From NCBI GenBank assembly GCA_965235115.1, contig OZ249440.1:32056001-32120000 (forward strand): a stretch of DNA of 64,000 nt, written 5' to 3'. Below the pieces are notes generated by a model. It saw only the letters and a program-made list of their open reading frames with translations. It was not told the DNA's origin and searched no databases. The stretch comes from Laetmonice hystrix (taxonomy: Eukaryota). A program made the position numbers and the translations under genes. Of this stretch, positions 24,087 through 36,509 are shown in pieces. Each line of letters opens with the position of its first letter. Positions within the stretch are counted from its first letter, which is position 1.

Positions 24087-25911
24087 TTTTCAAGATGTCT
24101 CAATCAAATTTGGCAGTCAGCTTGACCATGACAAAGTCAGGTCACACAATCAGTCATGCCGTCACGTGACGTCACGTCATGACGTCATAACGTCAAACGT
24201 GTTTGGGATATTGAGGGCCATTTTCAAAGTTCATATTTGGAATTTCCAAGATCTATCATGGCGTTATGATCAGGCAAGGGTCTAGCCTAAAACTGACCCT
24301 TCATTTGACCTTTGACCTTTGACCTTAGGGAGAACTGGGTCCTAGGTCACAAATCGGTTAAATCGCTACTTCTTCATCATTTATTGGTAAAATTTGACAA
24401 TATTGGGCAGGGACACTCTCTAACAAGTGCTTTAATAGAATTATCCAGGGATACACGATTTGACCTATATTCGCGTGAATCACGTGACCTTGAAATTTTC
24501 AAAAGTGGCCAGTTTAGCTATCTATGGCTATAACTTCTAAACAGTGCCAGTTTGGGCCATAGTTACTATTGAACACGAATAGGAAGTCATATATGCTCTT
24601 TCATTTGGCACCATTATTTTTTAGGTCACGTGATCTATAACGTCATAACGATGTCATCCATATTTTCTCAGGGCTATAACTTGTAAATGGTTGGAGTTAG
24701 AGCCATAGTTACTATTGAACACGAATAGGAAGTCATATATGCTCTTTTATTTGGCACCATAATTTTTCAGGTCACGTGACCTATGATGTCATAACGATGT
24801 CATCAATATTTTCTCAGGGCTATTACTTGTAAATGGTTGAAGATAGAGCCATAGTTACTATTAAACACTAATAGGAAGTCATATATGTTCTTTCACTTGA
24901 CACCATTATTTTTCAGGTCACGTGACCTATGACGTCATAATGATGTCAACCATGTTTTCTCAGGGCCATCACTTGTAAATGGTTGAAGTTAGAGTCATAC
25001 TTAGTCTACTATTGAAGATGAATAGGAAGTCATATATGCTCTTTCATGTGGCACCATTATTATTTTAGGTCACGTGACCTGTGATGGCATAAGAATGTCA
25101 TCCATATTTTCTCAGGGCTATAACTTGTGAATGGTTGAAGATAGAGCCATAGTTACTATTAAACACTAATAGGAAGTCATATATGTTCTTTCACTTGACA
25201 CCATTATTTTTCAGGTCACGTGACCTATGACGTCATAATGATGTCATCCATATTTTCTCAGGGCTATCACTTGTAAACGGTTGAAGTTAGCGTCATAGTT
25301 ACTATTGAACACGAATAGGAAGTCATATATGCTCTTTCATTTGGCACCGTTATTTTTCAGGTCACGTGACCTATGACCTCATAACGATGTCATCCATATT
25401 TTCTCAGGGCTATAACTGGTAAATGGTTGAAGATAAGCCATAGTTACTATTATACACTAATAGGAAGTCATATGCTCTTTCACTTGACACCATTATTTTT
25501 CAGTTCACGTGACCTATGACGTCATAATAATGTTATCCATCTTTTCGCAGGGCTATCACTTGTAAATGGTTGAAGTTAGAGTCATACTTAGTCTACTATT
25601 GAAGACGAATAGGAAGTCATATATGCTCTTTCATTTGGCACCATTATTTTTCAGGTCACGTGACCTATCAGGTCCTAATGACATCATCCATATTTTCTTA
25701 TTTTTCTTAGGGCTATAACTTGTAAATGGTTGAAGTTAGAGCTATGTACCTACTATTAAACACTAACACTGACAGGAAGCAATATATATGTTCTTTCATT
25801 TGACACCATCATTTTGAATAGCCTTAGCTTTCTCTACTAAATCAGAACATGGTAGACAGGACCCCCCAGGGGATGGGATCCATTGTGGTTATCACCGCAA
25901 CGGGTCTAGTT
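24073..25911 (+). mobile_element. HINE-like non-autonomous Helentron unit 1 with ~9 x 146-bp central repeats
   Basis: Core 24073-24530 homologous to 25976-26390; 146-bp monomers 24528-25800; ends GGGATCCATTGTGGTTATCACCGCAACGGGTCTAGTT. Confidence 0.75.
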
Positions 25912-25923
25912 ATTCTTTGCGTC

Positions 25924-25965
<42 letters not shown>
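25924..25965. repeat. (GTA)14 microsatellite
   Basis: Perfect trinucleotide run at the position where DINE-1/HINE-type elements carry a microsatellite. Confidence 0.98.
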
Positions 25966-26523
25966 AACAGTGGCGTCTATCTCAGTCAGTTTTCAAGATA
26001 TCTCAATCAAATTTGGCACACATCTTGACCATGACAAGGACTGGTCAGACAATGAGTTGTGACATATGACGTATGACGTCACGTCATGACGTTCATATTG
26101 GGAATTTCCAAACCCTATCATGGCGTTTTAATCAGTCAAGGGTCTAGTCTAACATGGACTCTTCATTTGTCATTTGACCTTGAACTTTGGGAGAACTGGG
26201 TCCTCGGTCACAAATCTCTTAAATCGCTACTCCTTCTTCATTTTTTGGTGAAATTCAACAATATTAGGCAGGAGGACTCTCTAACAGGAGCTTGTCTCAA
26301 ATCATCAAAAGATAATCGATTTTCTTAATATTCACTGAATCACGTGACTTTGAAATTTCGAACAATTGTCAATTTTCTACAACTTGTAAACGGTGCCAGA
26401 TATGGCATTGGTTACTATTAAACACAGATAAGAAGTCATATATGCTCTTTTATGATACATTTTTTTCAGGTCACGTGACCATTTTTAAAAATGAGAGGGA
26501 AAAAACAAAAAGAAAAAGAAACG

Positions 26524-27047
26524 TGACTCGGCCTGGGATTGAACGCGGGACCCTTCCGGTAGAAGTCCAAAAAAATAGGTGACTCGGCCTGGGATTGAAC
26601 CGGCGACCCATAGCATGTGAGTCAAGACACTTAGGCCAAAAAAAAAATAGATTCGTTTCTTGTCCCCGCGCGCGTCACCTAAAAACCCCCGCGTCAAGTC
26701 TTTTTTTTTTCAAATCCGACTGCTTCATATGGTGGGCAGTGTAGCGCTGTGACAGAACGTTGCAACGGTTCTTTGGCGTTGGCGTTTTTCTGTTAGTCTT
26801 GTTGATTTTATGTGAGTTTTACACATTCTAAAACATTGAACATCATTGCATTAGTCTTTTCTTCAAGATTTATGTACCCAACAGCAATTGCATTCGAAGA
26901 ATCGGCCGTTGTCTAGTTGCATCCAAAAAAAAAAAAGAAAGATGAAAAAAAAACAAAAAAACCGCGTCACCGCACCACTTTTTTTATATGAAAGGACAAG
27001 AAACGAAACTTTTTTTTTTTTGGCCTTATCGCCAGTGCTACGCCATC
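26524..27047 (-). mobile_element. tRNA-derived SINE-like head split by a MITE
   Basis: Removing 26634-27028 gives minus-strand GATGGCGTAGCACTGGCGATAAGTGTCTTGACTCACATGCTATGGGTCGCCGGTTCAATCCCAGGCCGAGTC with B-box GGTTCAATCC; B-box portion duplicated at 26524-26552. Confidence 0.55.
26634..27025. mobile_element. PIF/Harbinger-like MITE
   Basis: TIR GGCC(A)nTAGATTCGTTTCTTGTCC / GGACAAGAAACGAAAC(T)nGGCC; TTA TSD at 26631-26633 and 27026-27028. Confidence 0.85.
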
Positions 27048-27740
27048 TGACAAGCTAATACTGGATTGAACTGGTACTGATTACCACAGCCAGTGAACCT
27101 ATATTTTGTGAGGGCTATAACTTGCTATTACTTGGTATCGTCATCCTTAAGGTCACGTGACCTGTGACGTCGTAAAGATGTCATCGATATTTTCTAAGGG
27201 ATATAACTTGTTAATGCTTGAAGTTAGACCCATAGTTACTATTGAACACGAATAGGAAGTCATGTATACTCTTTCGTTTGGCATCATTATTTCTTAGGTC
27301 ACGTGACCCATGACATAACGATGTCATCGATATTTTCTCAGGGTTTTAACTTGTAAATGGTAGGAGTTAGACCCATAGTTAGTATTGAATATAAACAGGA
27401 AGTCCTCATTATGTTCTTTCAATTGACACCAAGATTTATTCTGTTGTGTGATCTATTACATCCTTATGACGTAACTGAGCCCTTCTAAGGATTGGTAGAA
27501 GCCTGTAACTAGTAAACGGTGCTAGATACACCTATAGTTATTTTTGAACATGAATAGGAAGTCCATTGAGATCAATATTTATGACGTAGCATAAGGTCAT
27601 AATGACGTAACTTCCATCTTCTAAGGCTCATAAGTCGTCACGGGTGCAAGATAGTACCATAGTTATCCCTATTCAGAACATGTTACATGGGACACCCCGG
27701 GGATGGGATCCATTGTGGTACTCCACAACGTATCTAGTTT

Positions 27741-27900
27741 AAACTGATGTTGTATTGTTTTTTCTATGATATCATTTAAATCCACCTAGTCATTAATATC
27801 GACCAGCAAAAAAAATCTGATTTAAATAAAAAAAATCGATTTAAATAAAAAAATCCGATTTTTTTTATTTAAAAAAAAATCATGATTTTTAACAACCCTG
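27741..27900. mobile_element. Single end of a hAT-like element
   Basis: Ends AAAAAATCATGATTTTTAACAACCCTG with A/T-run subterminal inverted repeats; partner end not seen. Confidence 0.45.
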
Positions 27901-28657
27901 ATATGATAACACTCAAACTTTTTTCTCTATCCCAGTTCCAAATAAACATTATTAAGTTTGATCCAGTGGCATTAGTATGAATTTCTGTTTGAAATTACAG
28001 ATATCAGCTAAGGTTTTGTTCATTGTAATAAAAATATAGCTATTTTGTAACAAACAACACATTATTGACAACATTCTGGTACTTTCATCACAGAGGTCAG
28101 ATTTCAATCAGAATACCTGCATATAAAGAAAAAATGTTAACAAATTTATTATGCATCTCTACATTAGTGTAATTGTAACATTAAACTGACATTTATTTTA
28201 TGCAAAACTACGTAATTTCATAAGTGCAAACCCGTAACAACTAAAACCTGCCATTCTTCCACCACAGTAAAACCACTCTAGAAACATGAACTTCAACATC
28301 GACCAAAAGAAGGTGCATGGATGTGTGTGTGTTAACAAGACAATTCACATAATGAACATAAACTGTGGCTATTTATCGGTAGAGGTGTGAAAAGGTTGCT
28401 GTAACATTACATAATCCTGAAATGACACCTGATTGTGACTGAGCCGCTGGCATTTGGGAATGAAATGGAAGGTGGTATCTTAGTTAGGCCGAGGGCCTAT
28501 AGCTGAAAAAAACGTTCTTTAATGAACAGAGGTGCGTGCTGCCACCCCTCCCCCTAAATCCGCCTGTGGCAGTGCGCCAGGTAAAAATCCGTTGAAGACG
28601 TTTTTGCACGTAATGGAATATGCAAGCAGCATTTATCCTGTGTATTTATATGAGAAT

Positions 28658-29593
28658 CAGTGGCCGATCCAGTGGGTGGTGAAGAGTTGAAAGCCCCCCC
28701 CCCCCCCCCCCCCATGACGTAATTTTTCTTTTTTTCTGGTTGAAAGGTTCAAACCAAGCATACACCCCTTCTTGGCACTCACAACCCCCCCCCCCTCATT
28801 TGGCGCCAACCTGGATCCGTCCCTGCATGGGATTGGGAATACTATACAAATTTATGTAATGAACAAGACATGGGGGGGGGGGCTGATCCAGGTATTTGCG
28901 AAAGGGGGCTGCAGAGATAAAGCTAAGGTAAAATTCAGCGAGCGCCGTTTGCTACAGTTTTAGGCCCGTCAGGACATGTGGTGAGCCCTCACTGTAGTGT
29001 TTGCTGGAGTAAGGCCAGTCAATACATGTAGAGAGCCCTCACCGTAGTGTTTGCTCGGGTATAAGGCCCGTTAAGACATGGGATGATCTCTCACTGTAGT
29101 GTTTGCTCCAGCCTAAGTCCAGTCAATACATGTAGAGAACCCTCACTGTAGTGTTTGCTCGAGTTTAAGGCCAGTTAATACATGTAGAGAGCCCTCACTA
29201 TAGTGTTTGCTTCAGCCCAGGGCCAGTCAATACATGACGGGAGCCCTCACTGTAATGTTTGCTCGAGTATAAGGCCAGTCAATACATGTAGGGAGCCCTA
29301 AATAACTACTATAAAACGTAATGGTTATAACCCTTATATTGAACCTTGATAATCCCCTCATCCCCACATTGATCCCCGCTGGGTGTGTTGCCAGGTGAAT
29401 AACACCACAGGCTTCCTACATTTACTGTTAGCGTTATATGTATTGTATGTGTATATATTTGTATGCGGCTTGGGGTCAGGGGGCCCTCCCTTGGGGAAAA
29501 AATTAATATGGAAGGCAAAAGAAAACCGCTATTTCCCGGCATCTGGAGACCACTTTTCTGATAGAAATGAAAAGCCTGCTGGGCCACTTTTGA
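28658..29593. mobile_element. hAT-like MITE cluster, paralogous to 48135-48454
   Basis: CAGTGGCCGATCCAG...CTGGATCCGTCCCTG ends; 28735-28947 plus 29466-29593 match the contiguous copy at 48135-48454. Confidence 0.6.
28948..29299. repeat. 52-bp tandem array, ~7 copies
   Basis: CACTGTAGTGTTTGCT-like core at 28990, 29040, 29092, 29144, 29196, 29248. Confidence 0.9.
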
Positions 29594-30099
29594 TGATACC
29601 ACCGACGATCCCAACCAGTTTGCAGTCAAATTAGGCCTAATATGACAATTGTCTGGGGGGGGGGGGGGTTCCGCTAGCTACGGCCTTGGCTGTCAATATT
29701 TAGGAACAGAAATGCAGCGGACACCCACCCCCCAACCCTACAGTCCCTCAGCGCGCATAGCTAGGCGCGAAGCGCACAAGCCCCGCAGACACAAAGTAGG
29801 CCTACTAGTGGTAGTACACGAGGCCAAAGGTGCGAAGTCCGCAAGTGCTGAGAGCGCAAAGCCTAGTTAGGCGGGTCCAGGGTCATGGCCCCCCAGAAAA
29901 GTTTGGCATTTAAGGTGTATTTTTGTGATATCTGGTGCATTTTGGAGCACAAAATAACTGAAGTTAGGAAGATCTTCGACTGTAGGGCAGGTGGGGGGGG
30001 GGGGGGTACAGGGTACTCCAGTGAGTGCTTGCAACCTTTTAAAGTTAGGGCGAGCTTGGTAACTCTGCTTAAAGCTACATTTATTAAGTTGTTTTAGGC

Positions 30100-30292
30100 C
30101 GTTGCTAGGGAAAATTTGGATGTTATGTCTGTTGCTAGGAAACGGGATAATAATATGAAAAAACTGATGTTACTATTTTAACCTCTGGTATCATTTTAGT
30201 GGGGGTAGGTGTATTTTCCTTTCTCCTTGGAGCGAAATAGAGCTGGTTGCTAAGCATTATACTGTTGCTAGGTAACATGACCCTAAAACAGC
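30100..30292 (+). repeat. Dispersed repeat rich in RFX-like GTTGCTAGGCAAC motifs (related copies 51074-51245, 52150-52280)
   Basis: Shared TATGTCTGTTGCTAGG(A/C)AAC...ACTGATGT...TTTCTCC(T/C)TGG...CTGGTTGCT scaffold in three places. Confidence 0.7.
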
Positions 30293-30407
30293 ACTTTCCA
30301 ATGGTCCTTTTTTGTTCTGGATGTTGAGGATGCCCCCCTGAACAACTTCAAGCAAAAAAAAATTCCATTGCAATTTGTTCTAGGTATGGCTGTTTTTCAA
30401 CGTATTT

Positions 30408-30923
30408 CTACTGGACTACAGTGGCACGTGCATCTGACAAATCATCAGCAAGACTTGGCCCACTATTGTCATCATCCTCGGTCCTGGTCATAGACCGAGA
30501 CGGTATTGGTGACACTGACTGACGACTGCACTCTCCCTGGCCATCCCTGCAAGATGGAAATTTCAGGATTTGTCCAGGCGTTACTATCATTTGTGGTCTT
30601 AAGGACCCTTCTACTGGAAAATACAGCCTGTGGTATTCATCATATCGAAAATATCGGTGGACCCTTGAAGGGAGGATTCCCCCTCAGTGCCCATCCCAGA
30701 TTGACCTGTTCTTTTCATTTCCTCCCTATACTATCTTCCTAGGTTTTTAATGAAATTTTCTACCACCTTTCCCTCAGTCCCTAACTGTACGGCAACTTGG
30801 TGAAAAACTTCTTGGCTTCGCCCATGTTTTTTCAGTTGTAGAAAGTCCTTGTGTTTACTAATCATATTGCTGAGTGCTTACCTCCATCCTAGGAATCGTC
30901 CAGGTGAAGCGCTTGGTCGTCAT
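30408..30923 (-). pseudogene. Myb/SANT-like DNA-binding protein pseudogene, probably Harbinger accessory gene
   Basis: Manual translation across 2 frameshifts and 1 stop: MTTKRFTWTIPRME/ALSNMISKHKDFLQLKKHGRSQEVFHQVAVQLGTEGKVVENFIKNLGR*YREEMKRTGQSGMG...FDMM/EYHRLYFP, joining ORF 30408..30590. Possible element end at 31489. Confidence 0.6.
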
Positions 30924-32389
30924 GCTGCAAAATAAGTGATCAATTTTTAAGGACTACTAATTCTTAGCATACTTTCAAATACAGATGGTTCTGAGTAGAG
31001 TACTTCACTTGTTCACGCCGAGGGCTAGAACGTCGGCAAGAACGCACCGTGCAGCCTGCATGTTGGTTCCCATGTAAGCCGAACCCCTTTTACAGCATCC
31101 CTCCATAGTTTCAACTGCCATGCTGGGTGCCCCCGCGTGCCCACTTGCAGACCAGACCCTGGTTATACCTGCTGAGTCTTGATAGACACGAACTGACTTA
31201 CCTTGTGGCAAATTCCTGTAGATAGCAGTAGCAGTGTTCCAGCCGACATGCTCCTCCTCGACCTTTCCACAACTACGCGACAGCACTCACGCTGATTGCA
31301 CTAAATTGACCTAGGTTCTTCAAACTAACACCAACACCACTGGGTGATGGTGTAACACCGCCAAACTGGTGTTGGTGTGCCTCTAACACTGGTGTCGGTG
31401 TAACTGTCACTCTGTGAAGGGATTGAAATTAACACTAACACTTGACACTAACACAGAACACCAGCGTCACACCAGATTTGAAATCACCCAATGTGTCACC
31501 CAAAAGTGACCATGTCTATGCCGAAATACCTTTGAAGCAGGTATAAACTTCGCTATTTTTCGCTAAAACACTTAAAATCATCAATAGGCTATAGTATAGT
31601 ATGACTTGCGTTCACTTGCACAACCTTGAAAATCGGACTCTGTCAGGGCGAAACAAATAGCATTTTGATGATCATGCAATAGTTCGAATCCAAATTGTAT
31701 TTAATCTGATGCTTTAATATGACATCTTCACTGTCCATAATATCGTATTTGTATTGATTTCTATTATGATAACCCACCAAGTCATCACCAATATATAGGT
31801 TTGAGACTTTACAATTAATGTTCAGCCCTTTTAGCGCCCCCCCTAAACAGTAAACAGGTAGAGGTTTTGTTTGTCCAACAATCCCTGCTACAGTTCCCAT
31901 TCCACAGCTCAGTGTACTCAATATTCTATTAGCTGACATTTAGCGAGGTGGCCTCATCAGTTGAGGAGTTGGGGCCACCAGTATTACCCTGTTAGCCTGT
32001 ACATGTACTGTGCTGCAAACGCGCTGGAGGGTAGAAGCTAAGCTTGTTGACCTGACCAGTGGTGCGTGCCGGCCTCTTGACTGACCAAAACTTGTCCTTG
32101 GACCAGGCCTCAGTGAGCAGGGCTGGAATTGACCTATATAGCACCTTGGTAAAGAAAATATATCCCCACCCACCTGCCTGCTACAGGTATGAGATGAAGT
32201 GACCAACACATTTTTGTATAGCACTACGATGTGCTAAAAGACACACTTAAAAGTATAATCCTGACATTATAAATCCACCTCTTGTTTGTCATACAGTAGT
32301 AAATATATTCTTGTATTATACTTGGGTATTATAAATCCAAAAGGAACCATAAGGCACTGTTAGTAGTGTTACCGCCAGGCAGTAATTAA

Positions 32390-33201
32390 GGTACCTTAGG
32401 GAGGTGTCCGTCCCAGTTAGCGTTTTATATTTAACCATATTATTTAACCATATTATATTTAAACTCATGTCACCGTTCCGTTTCCCCGTCGGTCAACTTT
32501 GTATACTTTTATCAAGTACATGTAGTTGTCACGGTCGAACGGTCGTACTGCCCATTCCACCGGCAGCCAGCGTACTGGTTGGACACTGACCAGCAGTGGA
32601 CTTCTGTACAGTCCAACAGTCGCGCCATGCACCCCGTATGAAATCAGGTACGGTCCGAACGTTGCAAGTATTTTATTTACCGGGCCGCTCTGTGTAATTC
32701 CGTAGCGATTTGTAATTGATAATGCATTCCAATATATGCTAGACTGTTGTTTCAATTTGGTGATCGAAGAATTTATCGGATATCTATCCTTCTACGTTTT
32801 TCCTTGTCACAGTTGTGTCACGTCACCCAGGATTGTAAGCGACGACCAATGTTTAAAGTTGCTTGAATCTGTGAGTGTTAGATTATATCATTTGGATATC
32901 ATGTCAAATTATGTCGTCATTTTACGGTACATGCGATTTAATGGCATTTCTCATGGAGTTGTCCTAGTATTATGCGCTCATAATGTGCCAATACTGTGAT
33001 GTATTTCTTTTCTTTAGTTTTCACCATGTCGCAATGTCGCAATGTCACGTCACCGTACCACCGAGTCACCGAATACATGCGTGAAAATGCAGGCAATAAA
33101 GCAACAACAATCCACCATCTAGTTGTTACCCTTTTTGGTCGTGCGCTACAAGTAGGTTGTTATAATGGCGCATGACAATAAGGTCTGCCTAAGGTAGTCC
33201 T
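32390..33201. mobile_element. Degenerate TTAA-flanked (Kolobok-like) MITE
   Basis: TTAA|GGTACCTTAGGGAG and CTGCCTAAGGTAGTCCT|TTAA imperfect TIR. Confidence 0.45.
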
Positions 33202-33745
33202 TTAAGCTGGGAGTAAAGGTGTGCATCAGTGCGTGACATACGACTGTACAGTAAGCGGTGCAGAGTCCCTTACGGCAGGCATGGGTGTGCGCATCAGTGT
33301 GTTACATATTGCCTTGCGTTGAGCGGCGGGATGCCCTTTACACTCGCCGTAAGGGTGCGCATCAGTGCGTTTCATATGACTTTACGGCGCGCGCAGGGAA
33401 GTCCCTTACGCTGAGCATAAGGCAGCGTAAGGAACATGATTTGGTGCGGTGTTTGGTACAGTGTGCCACGAGAGTCCAAGCTAATAACTTGTTAAGTGCC
33501 ACTTGCAGGTTATGGCATTAAGGCCTCTCGTCACCACACACTCAACTCCAGCAAGGGCGTTATTAGAACGTATTCTCTAGAAACAACGCCTGAAGAAGCG
33601 ATCCTTGCTGGGTTCAGTTGGCAAGGTGTGTCGGATGTGAGAAGGTTGATTATCAAGAGAGATGGTAACACCATTAAGACTCGTACATACTTTCTCACCT
33701 TCAAAAGGCCCACTGTGCCTGAGGAACTTGAGCTTGGCTTTTTAA

Positions 33746-34273
33746 AGGGGCATGCTATGAAACACGTTTTTTTTTATTTCCGGCAATTATCCAACATGAC
33801 CGTGTACTAGGGATCCAAGTAAATAATCCTACCACAGCATTTTGTCCTCCGACGTGTTTTCGTTGCGTATGCAGCACAAGTAGGTTCTATACGACCAAAC
33901 CTATAGATTTCTCCCGATAGCACATCTGTCGCCATAATTTGGTAGACAACCTCTCATCAACCCGTGTAATTGCATACTGTGTCACATCCTGTGTGTGCAC
34001 GCTCTGCATGTGCTTAGTCACGTGCTTCGCTTAGTTGTAAACAATTCAGCAGTGGCACTCGATCGCCCGGCATCAGAATGCCACCCAAAAAATATTTTAC
34101 GAAATCGGCAGAGAAGCGGACAACGGAGCTTAATAAACTTCGATTTCTCACGCAAAATGAAACTGATAAGTCTGTCTTTGTTTACTAAGCAATTTTAATG
34201 AAGGATCTCTTTATGAAAACAGCAAAAGTTCTATGAAATACCGATTTTTAACGTTTCCTCATAATATGCCCCT
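33746..34273. mobile_element. Kolobok-like MITE inside LINE ORF1
   Basis: TIR AGGGGCATGCTATGA / TCATAATATGCCCCT; TTAA TSD; excision restores the frame GFLK-VKVDPYVPNP. Confidence 0.9.
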
Positions 34274-36509
34274 TTAAAAGTCAAAGTGGATCCCTACGTC
34301 CCAAATCCTCTTCGCTGTTATAAATGCCATGTTCTCAATGTGCCGGGACAGGCCACAATTATACCACCTGCAAGAACTCCCCTAAATGTGCCAACTATGG
34401 GAAAGGCCATTCTGCCATTTTGTGCGATTGTTCTGTGTGGAAAAGGGAGAAAGAAATCCTTAAGGTGGAAACTGAACAACGAATAAGTTTTCCCGAGGCA
34501 CGCAAGTTGGTGGGGCAGTATATGCTTCCACCAACTGTAAAAACCTGTGCTTCCACTACAAAACCTACCACACGGATGTTCCCGTGTCAAACGGAGATGG
34601 TATGGGTCAAGAGAGATAAAGTTGTGACCTACACTGATCCCACTGACAGGACGAGTCAACCACCAAAAAAAGCTATTTCAACACAGAGCCAGACAACCTC
34701 TGTTCCTCCGCCAGAGGCCGGGCTGAGCAAGCCCCCCCCCCCCCCCCCCCCATCTCCCAAAAAAGACTCAATCACTCCCACTCCAGGAAAAGACAAAACA
34801 AAAAAATGAAATAATCACAGATCGGCTGCCCAAGGCAGCCTCCAACAATAGTGCAATAGCACTCACAAACAAATTTCAGCATCTTCAAGATGTTCAAATG
34901 GTTGATGCTACGACTTGTGGTCGCAGCCTTTCCCCAAAAATAAAATCTAGGAGGCGTTTGCCTGGTCTCATTTAAGGGCTATCAGACTTTCTTTGGTTTT
35001 GCACCAGATGGTGACCGTGCTGCTGGCGGCACTGCCATTCTGGGTAGACAAGACCTCATCCATAGCCCTGTAACAATAGACACACCGTTACAATAGCCAT
35101 TCGCCTAACTCTGCATAAAGCCATCACTATCTGCTCCATATACATTCCCCCAAACAGTAACTTGACCCACCAGGATCTTCATGATCTAATGGGTCAACTG
35201 CCATCCCCATATCTTCTGTTAGGAGACTTTAACGGCCACAATCCCTTATGGGTGGCACCACAACTGATTGCAAGGGCGGGAGGATTGAAGAGTTCATTGA
35301 TAATCATGCTCTATGCATTTTTAATAATGGTTCAAACACATACTTACATCCCGGTCATGGCACTTATACAGCCATTGACCTTGCAATAGCTAAACCAGAT
35401 CTGCTGCTGGATTTCTCTTGGAGGGTCTGGGACGACCTTTGCAGGAGTGACCACTTTCCCACCATTCTTACCTATGAAGGACCCAACATTGGGGAAAAAC
35501 AATAAAGGTGGCAACCCTTCCAGACCCTGTTAAGCCACCTTGATGGCAGGCAAATGCTTCCTTCAATGGAATTGTCGAGGCTTTAGAGCCAATTTTAATG
35601 AACTCAGACCTTTAGCAGAAAACCTCAACCCTCTTGCCTTTTGCTTACAAGAAACATTCCTTACTGCCCGAGACAAGGTCTCATTTAAGGGCTATCAGAC
35701 TTTCTTTGGTTTTGCACCAGATAGTGATCGTGCTGCTGGCGGCACTGCCATTCTGGTTCGACAAGACCTCATCCATAGTAGGCCACCAGCTGAAGCGTGT
35801 AGCTGGCATAGAAATACAGTTTCGCTCCCACCACCAGGGGACTACTTTTTCTTTGTAGATTCTGGTAGTCAAAGACCTGCAGAACCACATAATAAAAGTT
35901 CTCCACGTGAACTTCTGCAGTTTTTTTGTATGAGGCCTTTAAAGTTGCAGAGTTCCGACTTCCAAAAATCGTCCAGTTATAAATTAAGAAGTCTTTATTT
36001 GCAAATTAGCGAGTTCTTTATTGGAAAACTTTACTAAAAAATATACAAATGAAATGTATTTCTACCTATTTACAATGAAAACAACTGCCAAAGTTGATGA
36101 CCTGTGATCACAGGCCCCAGGTCAACCCCCACATGGGTACTGTAAACACTGAGCTGAACCTAATACCAGCTGATGAGTTTAAAACCGCACAACACTACGA
36201 GTGAGCATATGCACCTTACTCTAGTACTGCAGAGAATAAACTATATTTAAAAATAAACCAACAGCTGAACTTCAAGTATACAAGCAGAATAGCACTCTTT
36301 TACTGGAATTATGGATGAGTAAGTGCAAAAAGACTAACTTCATACTTGAACGTGTAAAATTTGCATGTATACCCAACTTCAAAGATGAAACTCACGGTAC
36401 CTAGAATTTTCAATACAAGAACTCATTCATCACTATCATCCTCACTATCATCACCTAGCAGGGCCGTCGGAACGTATTTGGAAGTGGGGGGGGGGGGGGC
36501 AAGCCTGGG

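Larger units (their letters stand above)
25912..27740 (+). mobile_element. HINE-like unit 2 in tandem with unit 1
   Basis: (GTA)14, then core, then 146-bp monomers interrupted at ~26483-27110; ends GGGATCCATTGTGG-TACT-CCACAACGTATCTAGTTT. Confidence 0.75.

Noticed and set aside
31953..31960. CTGATGAG hammerhead core on minus strand (also + at 36170-36177)
   Set aside because: No stem II followed by GAAA and no complete three-way junction.
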